This document shows, one piece after another, positions 28,952-38,700 of a stretch of DNA of 64,000 nucleotides. The DNA lies in the NCBI GenBank assembly GCA_043812915.1, contig JBDRLQ010000012.1:24308-88307 (forward strand), given 5' to 3'. Positions within the stretch are counted from its first letter, which is position 1. Every line of letters begins with the position of its first letter. The translations under genes and the position numbers were made by a program. The DNA is from Candidatus Micrarchaeota archaeon (GTDB lineage: Archaea > Micrarchaeota > Micrarchaeia > Anstonellales > Bilamarchaeaceae). Below the pieces are notes generated by a model, which was given only the letters and a program-made list of their open reading frames with translations, did no database searches and was not told where the DNA came from.

Positions 28952-29142
28952 TGCTCTCCCTCCTTTGCGCCCTTCTTCATGCAGATGACATTCGCAGGGC
29001 AGACCTTCACGCAAAGGCCGCAGTCTATGCATCTTTCTGGGTAGAATTTCATCCTCGTCCCGTCCGCTTCAATCGCATTCTTCGGGCATACCGATGAGCA
29101 GCCAACACAAAAAATGCATCCTTCATGTTTGATGGTAATCAT
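28948..29142 (-). CDS. 2x[4Fe-4S] ferredoxin
   Basis: Two CxxCxxCxxxCP motifs; overlaps the start of the GGR gene. Confidence 0.93.
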   Translation of the reverse strand: MITIKHEGCIFCVGCSSVCPKNAIEADGTRMKFYPERCIDCGLCVKVCPANVICMKKGAKEGEQ

Positions 29143-29181
29143 ATTGTTCCCTCTGTGTATTCCAGATGAAAAGGATTAAAT

Positions 29182-29697
29182 TCACTCTGAAAGCAGCGCA
29201 ACTACAGCCCTGCCGAACTTCTCGGCCGCCTCTGGGCCCCTGGCTGTAATGACATTCCCGTCCTTCACGACATCCTGGTCCCGGTATAATGCGCCTCCTG
29301 CCCTTAGTTCGCTGATGGCATCCCTGTCCGGGAATACCGTGGCGTTCTTGCCCGAGAGCACCCCCGCCTTTGCCAGAATCATCGGAGCCACGCAGATTGC
29401 GCAGATTTTCTTTCCTTTGACATTCGCATTCTCAAGGAGCCTGATTACTTCCTGGTTGTTGGCAAGCGCCTTCGCCCCCGGCCCCCCAACGACAACTATG
29501 GCGTCGAAATAGTCCGGATTAGCCTCATGAACCGCAAGGTCTGGCTGCACAATCGCCCCGAACTTGCCGGTTGCCTTGCTCCTGGTCAGGCTGGCAACCT
29601 TGACATTGTGGCCTGCCTTTTCTATAGTCTCCTTAGGAATCTGGTATTCCTCATCCCGAAAGCCCTCCTGCGCAATAATCATCAGCACTTTTGCCAT
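29182..29697 (-). CDS. DJ-1/PfpI family protein
   Basis: GFRDEE, VGGPG, AICVAP, VITARGP. Confidence 0.93.
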   Translation of the reverse strand: MAKVLMIIAQEGFRDEEYQIPKETIEKAGHNVKVASLTRSKATGKFGAIVQPDLAVHEANPDYFDAIVVVGGPGAKALANNQEVIRLLENANVKGKKICAICVAPMILAKAGVLSGKNATVFPDRDAISELRAGGALYRDQDVVKDGNVITARGPEAAEKFGRAVVALLSE

Positions 29698-29775
29698 TAT
29701 CCCACCTCAGGAAATGTTAATCATTTATTCTTAAAAATGGGACTGTTCGGCCTTGAAAAAGAAGAAAAAGAAAGA

Positions 29776-32241
29776 CTACAGCCAGGATGGCACAAGAGTG
29801 TAGGTGGTAAATACCACTCTCTCGGCAATCTGGATTTCTAGAGTGGTGTCCGTCATGCTCGTGAACACGGAGCCCCTTTCGGTTGTATACCCTACATCCT
29901 CCACTCTGAAGCTTCCGTCCCCGCCTGTTACGGGTCCTGCATGCTGCATTGGCAGGCCGTCGAAAGCCGCGAGCTCCCTCCACATGGAATCATGAAGCTC
30001 CATCGTGAAAGTGCTGGCAGGACCTGCGATCCAGAAAGGGATGAAGAACCTGTCAGTGTGTTCGGAATATTCAGGTCCTGCATCCTCTGAAAGCCCGATT
30101 ACGAAATCAGGGAGCGGCCCTGCGAATGGGAAGAGTGAGGAGTATATGTACCCTTCATTTGCAATGCGGGAGCTTCCTGACGAGGCATCCGCATCTGCAA
30201 ATGCCGCAATCTCAATAACTCCGCCGCTCTCCCAAGTAGCGTCCCCTCCCGCAAGGTCGAATTCAACCATGTGCCCCGGGCTGCCATACTGCCTGAGTGC
30301 GTAATCTCCTGATGCAGGGCTCTCGTGCAAAAGAATCGCGCCTTCTGAAAGCGGGCCGATCGTGCCCCCGCAGCTTCCTCCGCTGGTAGCGACTATGAGT
30401 TCGTTGTCGCTGGCGTCCCCCCCGCCAAGGACCTCACGCACTACGAACAGCCCGTAGGAGTCAACGGATACTGTTATGTATGGTGCCGTAACATCGCAGG
30501 CGACCTGCGCGCCGGTTGAGTCGGTCGGGCCGCTGCTGGCTGGAATCGAGCGGCTGGCGTTCCTCTCCACCTCGAGCTCTAGGGGATGCAGCTCATCAGA
30601 AGCAACATCCATCCCCTCATAGACAATGTTCCATGCCTCGGGGTTTGAGAGTATCGAGAGTTCGTCTCCAGGAAGGAGCTCCGCCTCACCGCTGCTTGAT
30701 ATATCCTCAATGTCATCCGAATAAATGGAAATCACTGCCAGGCTGTCCGCCTGCGGGTCCGCCGCGCTGCCATCAATGTTGCTCCATCCTAGCGCAACAT
30801 TCCAAGCGTCATTGTCATCCTCGGCCGCATTAAGCTCCCGCCCGTCCTCAAGTACAAGCATGCTGCCAAGGATGGCACAGTCAATCCACCTGGTCGCAGG
30901 CGTTGCCCCTGGCGCAAGATAGTATATGTAGAAAGGAACTTCCGCACCGTCGATGGAAAAGACCGGTGGCGTATCCCCGGCGCTCATCATTTCCATCACG
31001 ATTGGAACCCCGGCACTATCCTGGATTTCGATTATGGCTACATAATCCATCCCCACCCTTCCGATGGTTTCCACATAGAAGGAGTACGTATCACCGCTCG
31101 GGTGGGTATATGGGAGCGAGCCTCCCTCCATCACAATTCCGGAGACTGCTTCGGTCGCAAGCGTTATCCGCCCTCCATTGACTAGCGTGGTGTCATTGTC
31201 AAGTGGCGCTTCCGTTGCCGATGGCGCCTCCATTCCAATTACTACCCAGCTCCACTCCGAGCCAGGCAGCTGTACGGTTAGCCTGTGCCCGGCAGTCGCC
31301 TGGTCCCATCGGTCCCCCCTTTCCAGACAGTCCGTGAAATCGGTTCCGGATTCAGAAGCTGTGCAGACTGGTATCCCATGGGTGCCCAGGCCCATGCTCC
31401 GGGCTAGCCTGATTGTGTACGAGATGAAATTGACCTCACCGACAACATCATCATAGACCCAGTCGAAATGCGAGTTCCCCCGCACCCAGATTGTCTGTTC
31501 CTCAAGGTACATGTCCCCGGTACTCATGTCCATCAATGTAACATCAGCAAGAAGTGGCGTCATCGTGCCATCGATCCTGTGCAGGAACACTTCGCTTGGC
31601 CCGAGGCTGCCGCCGCTCCCGTCGGTAAATGGATTGGCGTTGGCAGATGTGTGCGAGCCGCCAAGCGGATACTCAGCATCAACTTCCCCTGCAACATTTT
31701 CCGTCCTGTCGCCAGCCCTTCTGTTCAGGAAATCCCCGACAAGGTTTGCAATCAGCGGCTCGGGCGGCGCTTCCACATCACCATCATCTTCCGTGTCGCC
31801 ATCAAGCTCCCCCTCTGCATCCGCATCAACATCCCCGTCCGCAGTAGTGTCTGCGTCCTCCTCAACATCGCCATCAAGCTCAGCATCCGCATCCCCGTCT
31901 ACATCCGAGTCCGCGTCACCGTCCGCTTCAATGTCTGAGTCAATATCGGCATCGCCATCAGCCACCTCGGTATCAGGCTCTGAATCAGCCTCAGCGTCCG
32001 GCCCGGAGTCTGTGGCAGCATCAGGAGTTGCGGCGTCATCAAGAGACCTTGACTGCGCCCCGCAGCCGGCCCCTGTTGCCAGCATAACCGGGGCAATAAC
32101 GTATATCGCAGCCTTCTTCATCCCGAAGCTGGCATCCCTGAATTTATCGGAAAGAAAGGCCTCGGCCTTATTTAGCCAGCGCCCATCCCTCTTCTCCTCG
32201 CCTATTGTCCTGTTAATTAGCGTCCTCTCTGAACCTGCCAT
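29776..32241 (-). CDS. Large acidic surface protein with D/A/G-rich stalk (S-layer-like body)
   Basis: Basic leader, hydrophobic stretch and GAGC; DGDAD repeats; beta-rich body; no Lys found after the signal. Confidence 0.7.
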   Translation of the reverse strand: MAGSERTLINRTIGEEKRDGRWLNKAEAFLSDKFRDASFGMKKAAIYVIAPVMLATGAGCGAQSRSLDDAATPDAATDSGPDAEADSEPDTEVADGDADIDSDIEADGDADSDVDGDADAELDGDVEEDADTTADGDVDADAEGELDGDTEDDGDVEAPPEPLIANLVGDFLNRRAGDRTENVAGEVDAEYPLGGSHTSANANPFTDGSGGSLGPSEVFLHRIDGTMTPLLADVTLMDMSTGDMYLEEQTIWVRGNSHFDWVYDDVVGEVNFISYTIRLARSMGLGTHGIPVCTASESGTDFTDCLERGDRWDQATAGHRLTVQLPGSEWSWVVIGMEAPSATEAPLDNDTTLVNGGRITLATEAVSGIVMEGGSLPYTHPSGDTYSFYVETIGRVGMDYVAIIEIQDSAGVPIVMEMMSAGDTPPVFSIDGAEVPFYIYYLAPGATPATRWIDCAILGSMLVLEDGRELNAAEDDNDAWNVALGWSNIDGSAADPQADSLAVISIYSDDIEDISSSGEAELLPGDELSILSNPEAWNIVYEGMDVASDELHPLELEVERNASRSIPASSGPTDSTGAQVACDVTAPYITVSVDSYGLFVVREVLGGGDASDNELIVATSGGSCGGTIGPLSEGAILLHESPASGDYALRQYGSPGHMVEFDLAGGDATWESGGVIEIAAFADADASSGSSRIANEGYIYSSLFPFAGPLPDFVIGLSEDAGPEYSEHTDRFFIPFWIAGPASTFTMELHDSMWRELAAFDGLPMQHAGPVTGGDGSFRVEDVGYTTERGSVFTSMTDTTLEIQIAERVVFTTYTLVPSWL

Positions 32242-32357
32242 GTGAATCAGTATATTATTGCAGCACAACTCTTATAAAGTTATAGAAAATGTAAAATACT
32301 ATGAAAAACCACCATCAGAGCTGATATTTTTTATTCCCTTGCAGCCTAACTAGAACC

Positions 32358-33206
32358 ATGTACCTTGTCAGTCCCAATTTTTCAGACGTTCTTGAGCCGG
32401 GCATCGAGATGAAGGCATTCCCGGACGGGGACACCTATATCAGGATTCCGGATGTTTCCAAATACCAGGGGGAGGAAGTCAACCTGTTCCACAGGCTCTA
32501 CCCGGAGCAGAACACGTCAATGTTCCAGGCAATCCTGATGCTTGACACCCTCAAGCGCGTTGGCGCAAGGACCACCCTGGTTTCGCCTTATCTTCCCTAT
32601 TCTAGGCAGGACAAGACATTCAAGGAAGGGGAAGCCCTCAGCGCTCAGGTGCTCTGCGGGCTGCTCGCCAATGCCGGGGCGCAGAGGCTCGTTACCATCG
32701 ACTGCCATTTCCTGAAAAAGGAAGGTGATGCGGAATACGGCGGATTGAATATTACCAGCCTTTCAGCGAACAAGCTCCTTCTAGGGCAGGCCAGGAAGAT
32801 GGCAGGCTCTGATGAACTGGAAGTGATTTCCCCGGATATGGGCGCAAGCTATCTTGTTGAGCAGTTCGGCGGAAAGAGCATGAGCAAGGTCCGCGGCGGG
32901 TATGAGGAAGGAAAGGAAGCCTACAGGAAAATCGAGGGTGTCGAAAGGAAGTTCGAAGTCGAAGGCAAGAACATACTCATCCTGGATGACATGATTTCCA
33001 CCGGCGGGACCATGATTCGCGCTGTTGAGAATGTGAAAAATGGAGGCGCGAAGAAAGTGTACTGCGCCGCCACTCATGGGTTCTTCCTGCGCGAATCATA
33101 TGGAAAACTGAAGGACATCTGCGACGGCATGTTCGTCACCAATTCCATTCCCTGTGAGGCTGCTGATGTCGATATTATGGAGCTTCTTAAGGAATACGTG
33201 GACTAG
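32358..33206 (+). CDS. prs: Ribose-phosphate pyrophosphokinase
   Basis: FPDGD, PYLPYSRQDK, SPDMGA, DDMISTGGT, ATHG. Confidence 0.95.
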   Translation: MYLVSPNFSDVLEPGIEMKAFPDGDTYIRIPDVSKYQGEEVNLFHRLYPEQNTSMFQAILMLDTLKRVGARTTLVSPYLPYSRQDKTFKEGEALSAQVLCGLLANAGAQRLVTIDCHFLKKEGDAEYGGLNITSLSANKLLLGQARKMAGSDELEVISPDMGASYLVEQFGGKSMSKVRGGYEEGKEAYRKIEGVERKFEVEGKNILILDDMISTGGTMIRAVENVKNGGAKKVYCAATHGFFLRESYGKLKDICDGMFVTNSIPCEAADVDIMELLKEYVD

Positions 33207-33457
33207 TTCTTTTTTGTGAGCGTCTTTGTGGATGCGATGAACCAGGCCCTGTGCACAAAGATATGGATTATCGCAAGGATTCCGAACGCAACTCCGCTCC
33301 AGTCATGCACCGTATTTATTGCCAGTATCGGCACTGCGTCATAGGACAGTCCAACCGCCCGAATTAGCCCGGGTATCTTGATAATCCCTGTGATAAAAAC
33401 AAGCAGGAACGCTATTCCAAGGGAGACATTAATCAGGTATCTTCTTGCGAGTCCCAT
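33203..33457 (-). CDS. Small membrane protein (DUF4405-like)
   Basis: Two TM helices with HDWSG and HIFVH. Confidence 0.7.
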   Translation of the reverse strand: MGLARRYLINVSLGIAFLLVFITGIIKIPGLIRAVGLSYDAVPILAINTVHDWSGVAFGILAIIHIFVHRAWFIASTKTLTKKN

Positions 33458-33462
33458 GATAA

Positions 33463-34791
33463 TCACTCAAGTACCTGCATATACTCTTTTATTATCCCTT
33501 CCGCCCGCTCCTTTGTCCGTGCCTCAGCGAAAACCCTGATATAGTTCTCAGTTCCTGAAGCCCTGATAATCACCCATCCATCAGGAAGGTTCACGCGCAC
33601 CCCGTCAATATCGGTGTAATCAAGCCGGTTCTCCTTCGCGTAATCGAGCATCTTTGCGACAATCCGCTTCTTCTTCTCGTCATCGGCCTTTATCATCTTC
33701 TTCACATTGTGGTATTCCGGAACTTCCATGAGCCATTTTGACAATGGTCTCTCACAGATGCTCTCCACCATCTTGGCGGCGGTCAGGAGTCCGTCTTTGG
33801 CTAAGCTCATCTCCGGCCAGATTACCCCTCCGACCTCTTCGCCGCCCATCACGCATTCGCCCTTTGCGACCTCTTCGGAAAGGTAAGGCGCCCCAATCTT
33901 CGTGTAAATCGTTTTGCAGCCGGCACTCGCGGCAATGTCCTCTGCCGCCTTGCTTGTCGCGACAGTTGTAACGATATTCCCCTTCTTCTGCCCAAGCTTC
34001 CAAAGAACCGATAGCGCGAAGACCTTGTCGCCAATCACATAGCTGCCCGTTTCGTCAACAAACACGACTCTGTCCGCATCGCCGTCCCATGCTATTCCCG
34101 CATCGGCATTTTCCTTCTTTACGCTCTCAATCAGCCCCCGCACGTTCTTCTCAGTGGGCTCTGAAGGCCTGCCCGGGAAATTTCCGTCAACCGTGCCGTT
34201 TATCACAACTGCCTCGGCGCCCAGCTGGCTCAGAAGCTTGGGCGCAATAAGCGCGGCCATGCCGTTTCCGCAGTCAAGGACAATTTTCGGTGCCCTCGCG
34301 CGGATAAGCGGGGATTCTACAAGCCCCTTTATCGCATCGATATGCTCCGGAATCGCATCAGGGTGCTGTGATATCCCTCCCGTCTTGTCCCATCCGGCAG
34401 GGATGACTGAATCCATCAGCTTCTCAATCTCCTCGCCGCGCTCTTTAGAGACTGCAATCCCTTCCGAGTCAACCACTTTCAGCGCGTTCCACTCGGGCGG
34501 GTTGTGCGATGCGGTAATGATGATGCAGCCATCCGCCTTCAGTTTTTTCACCATGAATTCAGCGGTGGGCGCGGGGGCGAATCCCAAGTCGATGACATCA
34601 CAGCCAACGCTCATCAGGCCTGCGCTAACAGCATTGTGCAGCACTTCGCCGGTAATCCTACCGTCCCTTGCTAGCACTATCTTGCCGCGGCCGAAGTACA
34701 CTCCCACGGCCTGCGCAACATTCAGCGCAAGCTCCGGCCCGAGCTTGTTGAACAAGCCCCTAACCCCATTGGTGCCGAAATAACGAGACAT
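33463..34791 (-). CDS. Phosphohexomutase (PGM/PMM/GlmM family)
   Basis: FGTNGVRG, ITASHNP, DGDADR, RASGTE. Confidence 0.95.
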   Translation of the reverse strand: MSRYFGTNGVRGLFNKLGPELALNVAQAVGVYFGRGKIVLARDGRITGEVLHNAVSAGLMSVGCDVIDLGFAPAPTAEFMVKKLKADGCIIITASHNPPEWNALKVVDSEGIAVSKERGEEIEKLMDSVIPAGWDKTGGISQHPDAIPEHIDAIKGLVESPLIRARAPKIVLDCGNGMAALIAPKLLSQLGAEAVVINGTVDGNFPGRPSEPTEKNVRGLIESVKKENADAGIAWDGDADRVVFVDETGSYVIGDKVFALSVLWKLGQKKGNIVTTVATSKAAEDIAASAGCKTIYTKIGAPYLSEEVAKGECVMGGEEVGGVIWPEMSLAKDGLLTAAKMVESICERPLSKWLMEVPEYHNVKKMIKADDEKKKRIVAKMLDYAKENRLDYTDIDGVRVNLPDGWVIIRASGTENYIRVFAEARTKERAEGIIKEYMQVLE

Positions 34792-34854
34792 GATTTGTTC
34801 ATTCTCCGGAAGAAGATTAAAAGATGCGCATTGATGCTATTGCAGGTGGATTAT

Positions 34855-35160
34855 ATGGGGATAATATCAGAATTCAGGGAATTTTTGAATGAGTATAAGG
34901 TTATGGGCCTTGCAATCGCATTCATAATCGGCGCCGCGGTGACTGCGCTTGTGAAATCGCTTGTGGACAATATCATAATGCCGTTTGTGGGCGTGGCGGT
35001 GCCATCCGGGGACTGGCAGGGCATCTCTTTGCAGCTAGGGCCTGTCGCCCTCAAGGCAGGCGCATTCCTTTCAGACCTGCTCTACTTCATTATTGTGGCT
35101 TTTGCAGTGTTCCTGATAGCCAAGGTAGTGCTGAAAGAGGGGAAGGTCGCCAAAAAGTGA
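34855..35160 (+). CDS. mscL: Large-conductance mechanosensitive channel
   Basis: EFREFL...LAIAFIIGAA...LVKSLVDNIIMP; second TM. Confidence 0.9.
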   Translation: MGIISEFREFLNEYKVMGLAIAFIIGAAVTALVKSLVDNIIMPFVGVAVPSGDWQGISLQLGPVALKAGAFLSDLLYFIIVAFAVFLIAKVVLKEGKVAKK

Positions 35161-35195
35161 CTGCTTTTTCTTTTTTTCTCTTTTATCTTTATCCA

Positions 35196-35729
35196 ATGGA
35201 AATCGAAGTATTCCGGCTCAGCCACCGCCTCCCAAGGGATGAGCGGATAAGCACGCATGTCGCGCTTGTTGCCAGGGCATTCGGCGCCTCATCGATGGCG
35301 TACTCGGGCCAGCAGGACGAAGGGCTCAAAAAGAGCGTTGAGCTCCTCGCAGGAAGGTGGGGCGGCTCTTTCACTGTGGAGTACATGCCGGAATACAAGA
35401 AATACATAAAGGGGAAGAAGGACGACGGATTCACAATCGTGCACCTTTCAATGTACGGCCTTCCAATTCCTAAAGTCTCGAAGAAAATAATGAAGCACGA
35501 TAAGCTGCTCATCATAGTCGGTTCGGAGCATGTCCCGCCTGACATCTACCATCTTGCGGATTACAACGTATCGGTCACAAACCAGCCGCACAGCGAGGTC
35601 GCCGCCCTGGCCATAATCCTTGACCGGCTGATGGAAGGAAAAGAGCTCACGCGTGAATTCGATAAAAAGTTCAAGGGGAAAATCCGGATAGAGCCCTCGG
35701 AAAAAGGAAAAGAAATACTGGAAGCCTAG
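35196..35729 (+). CDS. trm56: tRNA (cytidine(56)-2'-O)-methyltransferase
   Basis: RLSHR..RDERISTHVALVARAFGA, HLSMYG, VTNQPHSEVAALA. Confidence 0.95.
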   Translation: MEIEVFRLSHRLPRDERISTHVALVARAFGASSMAYSGQQDEGLKKSVELLAGRWGGSFTVEYMPEYKKYIKGKKDDGFTIVHLSMYGLPIPKVSKKIMKHDKLLIIVGSEHVPPDIYHLADYNVSVTNQPHSEVAALAIILDRLMEGKELTREFDKKFKGKIRIEPSEKGKEILEA

Positions 35730-38700
35730 AACTCCCACTCGAATACGCACATTCCGCCAACCCGGATTCTGCCCATCCTGCGCTCCGCGCTTTCACTGGT
35801 TACATCATTCCACTCGGTGAGGCCGCCATAGGTGTCATCCGTATTATGGATATACAGGTTGAACATGAAGCGCAAGTCCCTCCTCGGGCTAACTTCCACC
35901 CCTCCCTGCACAGCGACCGTGTCGCGCTCGAATATCTGATCCACTCCGGTTCCAGAGCGCAGTTCCTCCATGTGCCTGTATATGATGTCGGCTCGCGCCC
36001 TCCATGAGCTTCCGCGCCTGTCAATCCAGGTCACCATGGTCCCTGCGGCGAACCTCCAGGTGGTAATGTCGGATGCGGGTACAACATTCGCCTGCCAGAC
36101 ATTGCTGCCTTCTTCCCAGGTTAGCACGATGTAGTGCTGCATCCTGGCGCTGCGCACCGGGTGCCAGCCGAGAATCATTCCCTCAACGCGGTGCCTGTCG
36201 ACCGCAAGCGTCGCCCCTTCTTCATCAATTTCTTCCTCATCTGTTACTTCTTCATCCTCGATTGGGGTGAACGTGCTGGTCCTCTGCCCGCCTCCAAGAA
36301 TGCCGCCGATGCCGAACCTCTCATCCTGCCGTGTCCAGAGAAGCCCTCCGTAAATATTCTCGCCCTCCTCGTCATCCATCCAGTATCCCCCGGCGGTCGC
36401 TGCGATGGTAAGCTCACGGACAGGCACGACTACCCTTCCTCCGGCAGAGCCGAACGGGAGGGCTGTCATGTTGTAGCTCAAGGCGAAGGCCTCGTCCACT
36501 TCCACCCATCCGTTGATAAGGAGGTTGTGGTCATCGAACCCTCCATAGAGCGCCTCCAAGGCGGCCCTGGTCCGATCTCCGAACTCCTGCGTCCACTGCG
36601 CGGTCCCGAAGAATTTCTGCGCCCCCATAATCCCAAGCGCCGTCCGGAGAGCGCTGTAAACCTCAATCTCACGCTCGAGCCTGGTGATTTCTTCGCTTCT
36701 GGAAACCCCTTCACCGAGGTCTGCCGGAAGGCTGCTTCCGGTCCGCAGCTCTGCAATTTCCCTGTAGGCGCCCTCAAGGCGGCTGTTGATTTCCTCAATC
36801 CTCGTTATCAGCTCTGTCTGGGAATACATGCCGCTCAGCTGCACCCTTGTGTTCCCCGCGCGGATTCCGAAAATCGCCTGCAGTTCATGGTCCTCGTAAT
36901 AGGGCTCGTACTGCCCGCCGACCATCCCGAATGTGCTGACATGCCCATCCGCATCCTCATCCGCGCTGTTGCTGTGGCTGAAGCCGACAAGCCCTCTAAC
37001 ATCCTCGAACGCCTCGGTGTTCGCAAGCGCCAGCATGTGAAGCCTGCGCACACCAAAGTTGGCGCTTCTCCATCCGAGGGTGAGGCCCAGCTGCTCCTGC
37101 CTCTCGCGGTAGATGCGCCTCTCGCTTAGAATCTCCTCTCCTTCAGCCAGGTCTTCTCCATAATCCCTCCATTCGGTCTGGAGAGCGCCATCAGTGTCAG
37201 TGTACTGCACTTCCACCTGCCTGATTGCGGTATCGACAATGTCCTGCCCGACCGCAAGCGCAGCTTCGATTACCCTCTGATCATCCTCCCTCGGGCCGCT
37301 CATCTGCACTATCGCCCCGCCGCCGCCTGTCCAGTCATCCGGCTGCTCCTCCTCGGTAGCAGAGCCATCCCCGACCGGCTCATAAACGCTTGTTGTTCTG
37401 TATCTCCTGGCGGTTGCGACCACATAACCAACGGTCCTAACGAATCCTCCAAGGGGCCTGTGGTCCCTGAACAGAAGGCTTATCCCGTTCGCGTATTCCT
37501 CCATTCTCCGGACCATCAGCGCGGCGCTCTCATCTTCTGGCAGGTCTGTCTCAAGCTCGTCAATCGCGCGCCCGAAATTCTCGATGTTGGCAAGCGTAAC
37601 TGCAGGCGAGTTCAGCCCCAGAAGGTTGCTGATGTTCATTCCTACCAGCATCCCCTCAAGCTCTGTGCTGGTGCTCACTTCCACTTCCCGCTCTAGTTCT
37701 CCAGGTGTTTGCTCCCGCCTCGCTTCGTCCCCGAAGAGCACCCTCGCTTCTCCGAAGTCTCTCCATCTTTCTGGAACCTGCATGGCGATGAACGCCCTCT
37801 GGAGCTGGTCATCTGAAACGTCGATGTATCCTACCCTGTACCAGCGGTTTTCGATTTTGGCATATGAGTGCACGCGCCAGTCGTGGCTCCCCTCGCTCTC
37901 CTCCTGCCATTCACCGTCAGTTTCAGAGCCGCTGCTCTCCGCCCTCTCAAGGCCGGTTATGTACAGCGCGCCGTCGGTGTCAGAGCGCCTTGCGTACCAG
38001 TCAAGCACTTCTGTGAGGCGGATGTCGGTCACTTCCGCGAGCCTGCGGTACGGGGTCTCGCTCCGGTCTGTCCTGAAGCTCTCGGTCGCGCTGAACCTGC
38101 TTCTTCCGGTTGCCAGGTCCTCATCGAAGTAAGGCATGTCCTCTATGAAAATCTCCTGCGTGGCCGCCCATGTCTCGCTCTCGCTCATGGTCTCCAGGTC
38201 CTCTGCGGTATTATACTGCAGGTCGGCTTCCAGCCTTCCTTCCTGCCTCGGCCCCCACACTGCCGCGTTCAGTTCAGCCCTCCCCCTTCCTGAGCCCTGC
38301 CTCATCTGCCTGTCCCCTTCGCTTCCACCGCTGACCTGCTCAAAGGATGCATGGTCCACGCCAACTCCCATGTAGCCTCCGGCTTGCCTTATGTCAATTG
38401 GGTAAATGAGCCTGTCGACCCCTTCAACAGAGGAGAGCCTCCGGAGCAGCGAAGATATCGACATCGGAATCATCGATATCACCCGGTAGCTCCTCTCAGG
38501 AACCAGGCTCACCGAGCTTGGCCTGAAGAATGCGAGGAACTCCTCATGCATATCTACATTCTGCCTCCACGAGCGCGTAAGGTCGGTGTCGCTCGAGCCA
38601 AGGAGCATCTCCTGGATTGTCTGCTCCCTCTCCTCGTCATCAAGCATGCTCATTCCTGAGAGCAGGCTTCCGTAATCGAATCCGGCGCGCACCCTGATGT

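Noticed and set aside
31770..32040. Repetitive DNA resembling an array
   Set aside because: Codon-level repeats of the Asp/Ala/Gly stalk; no repeat-spacer periodicity and no cas genes.
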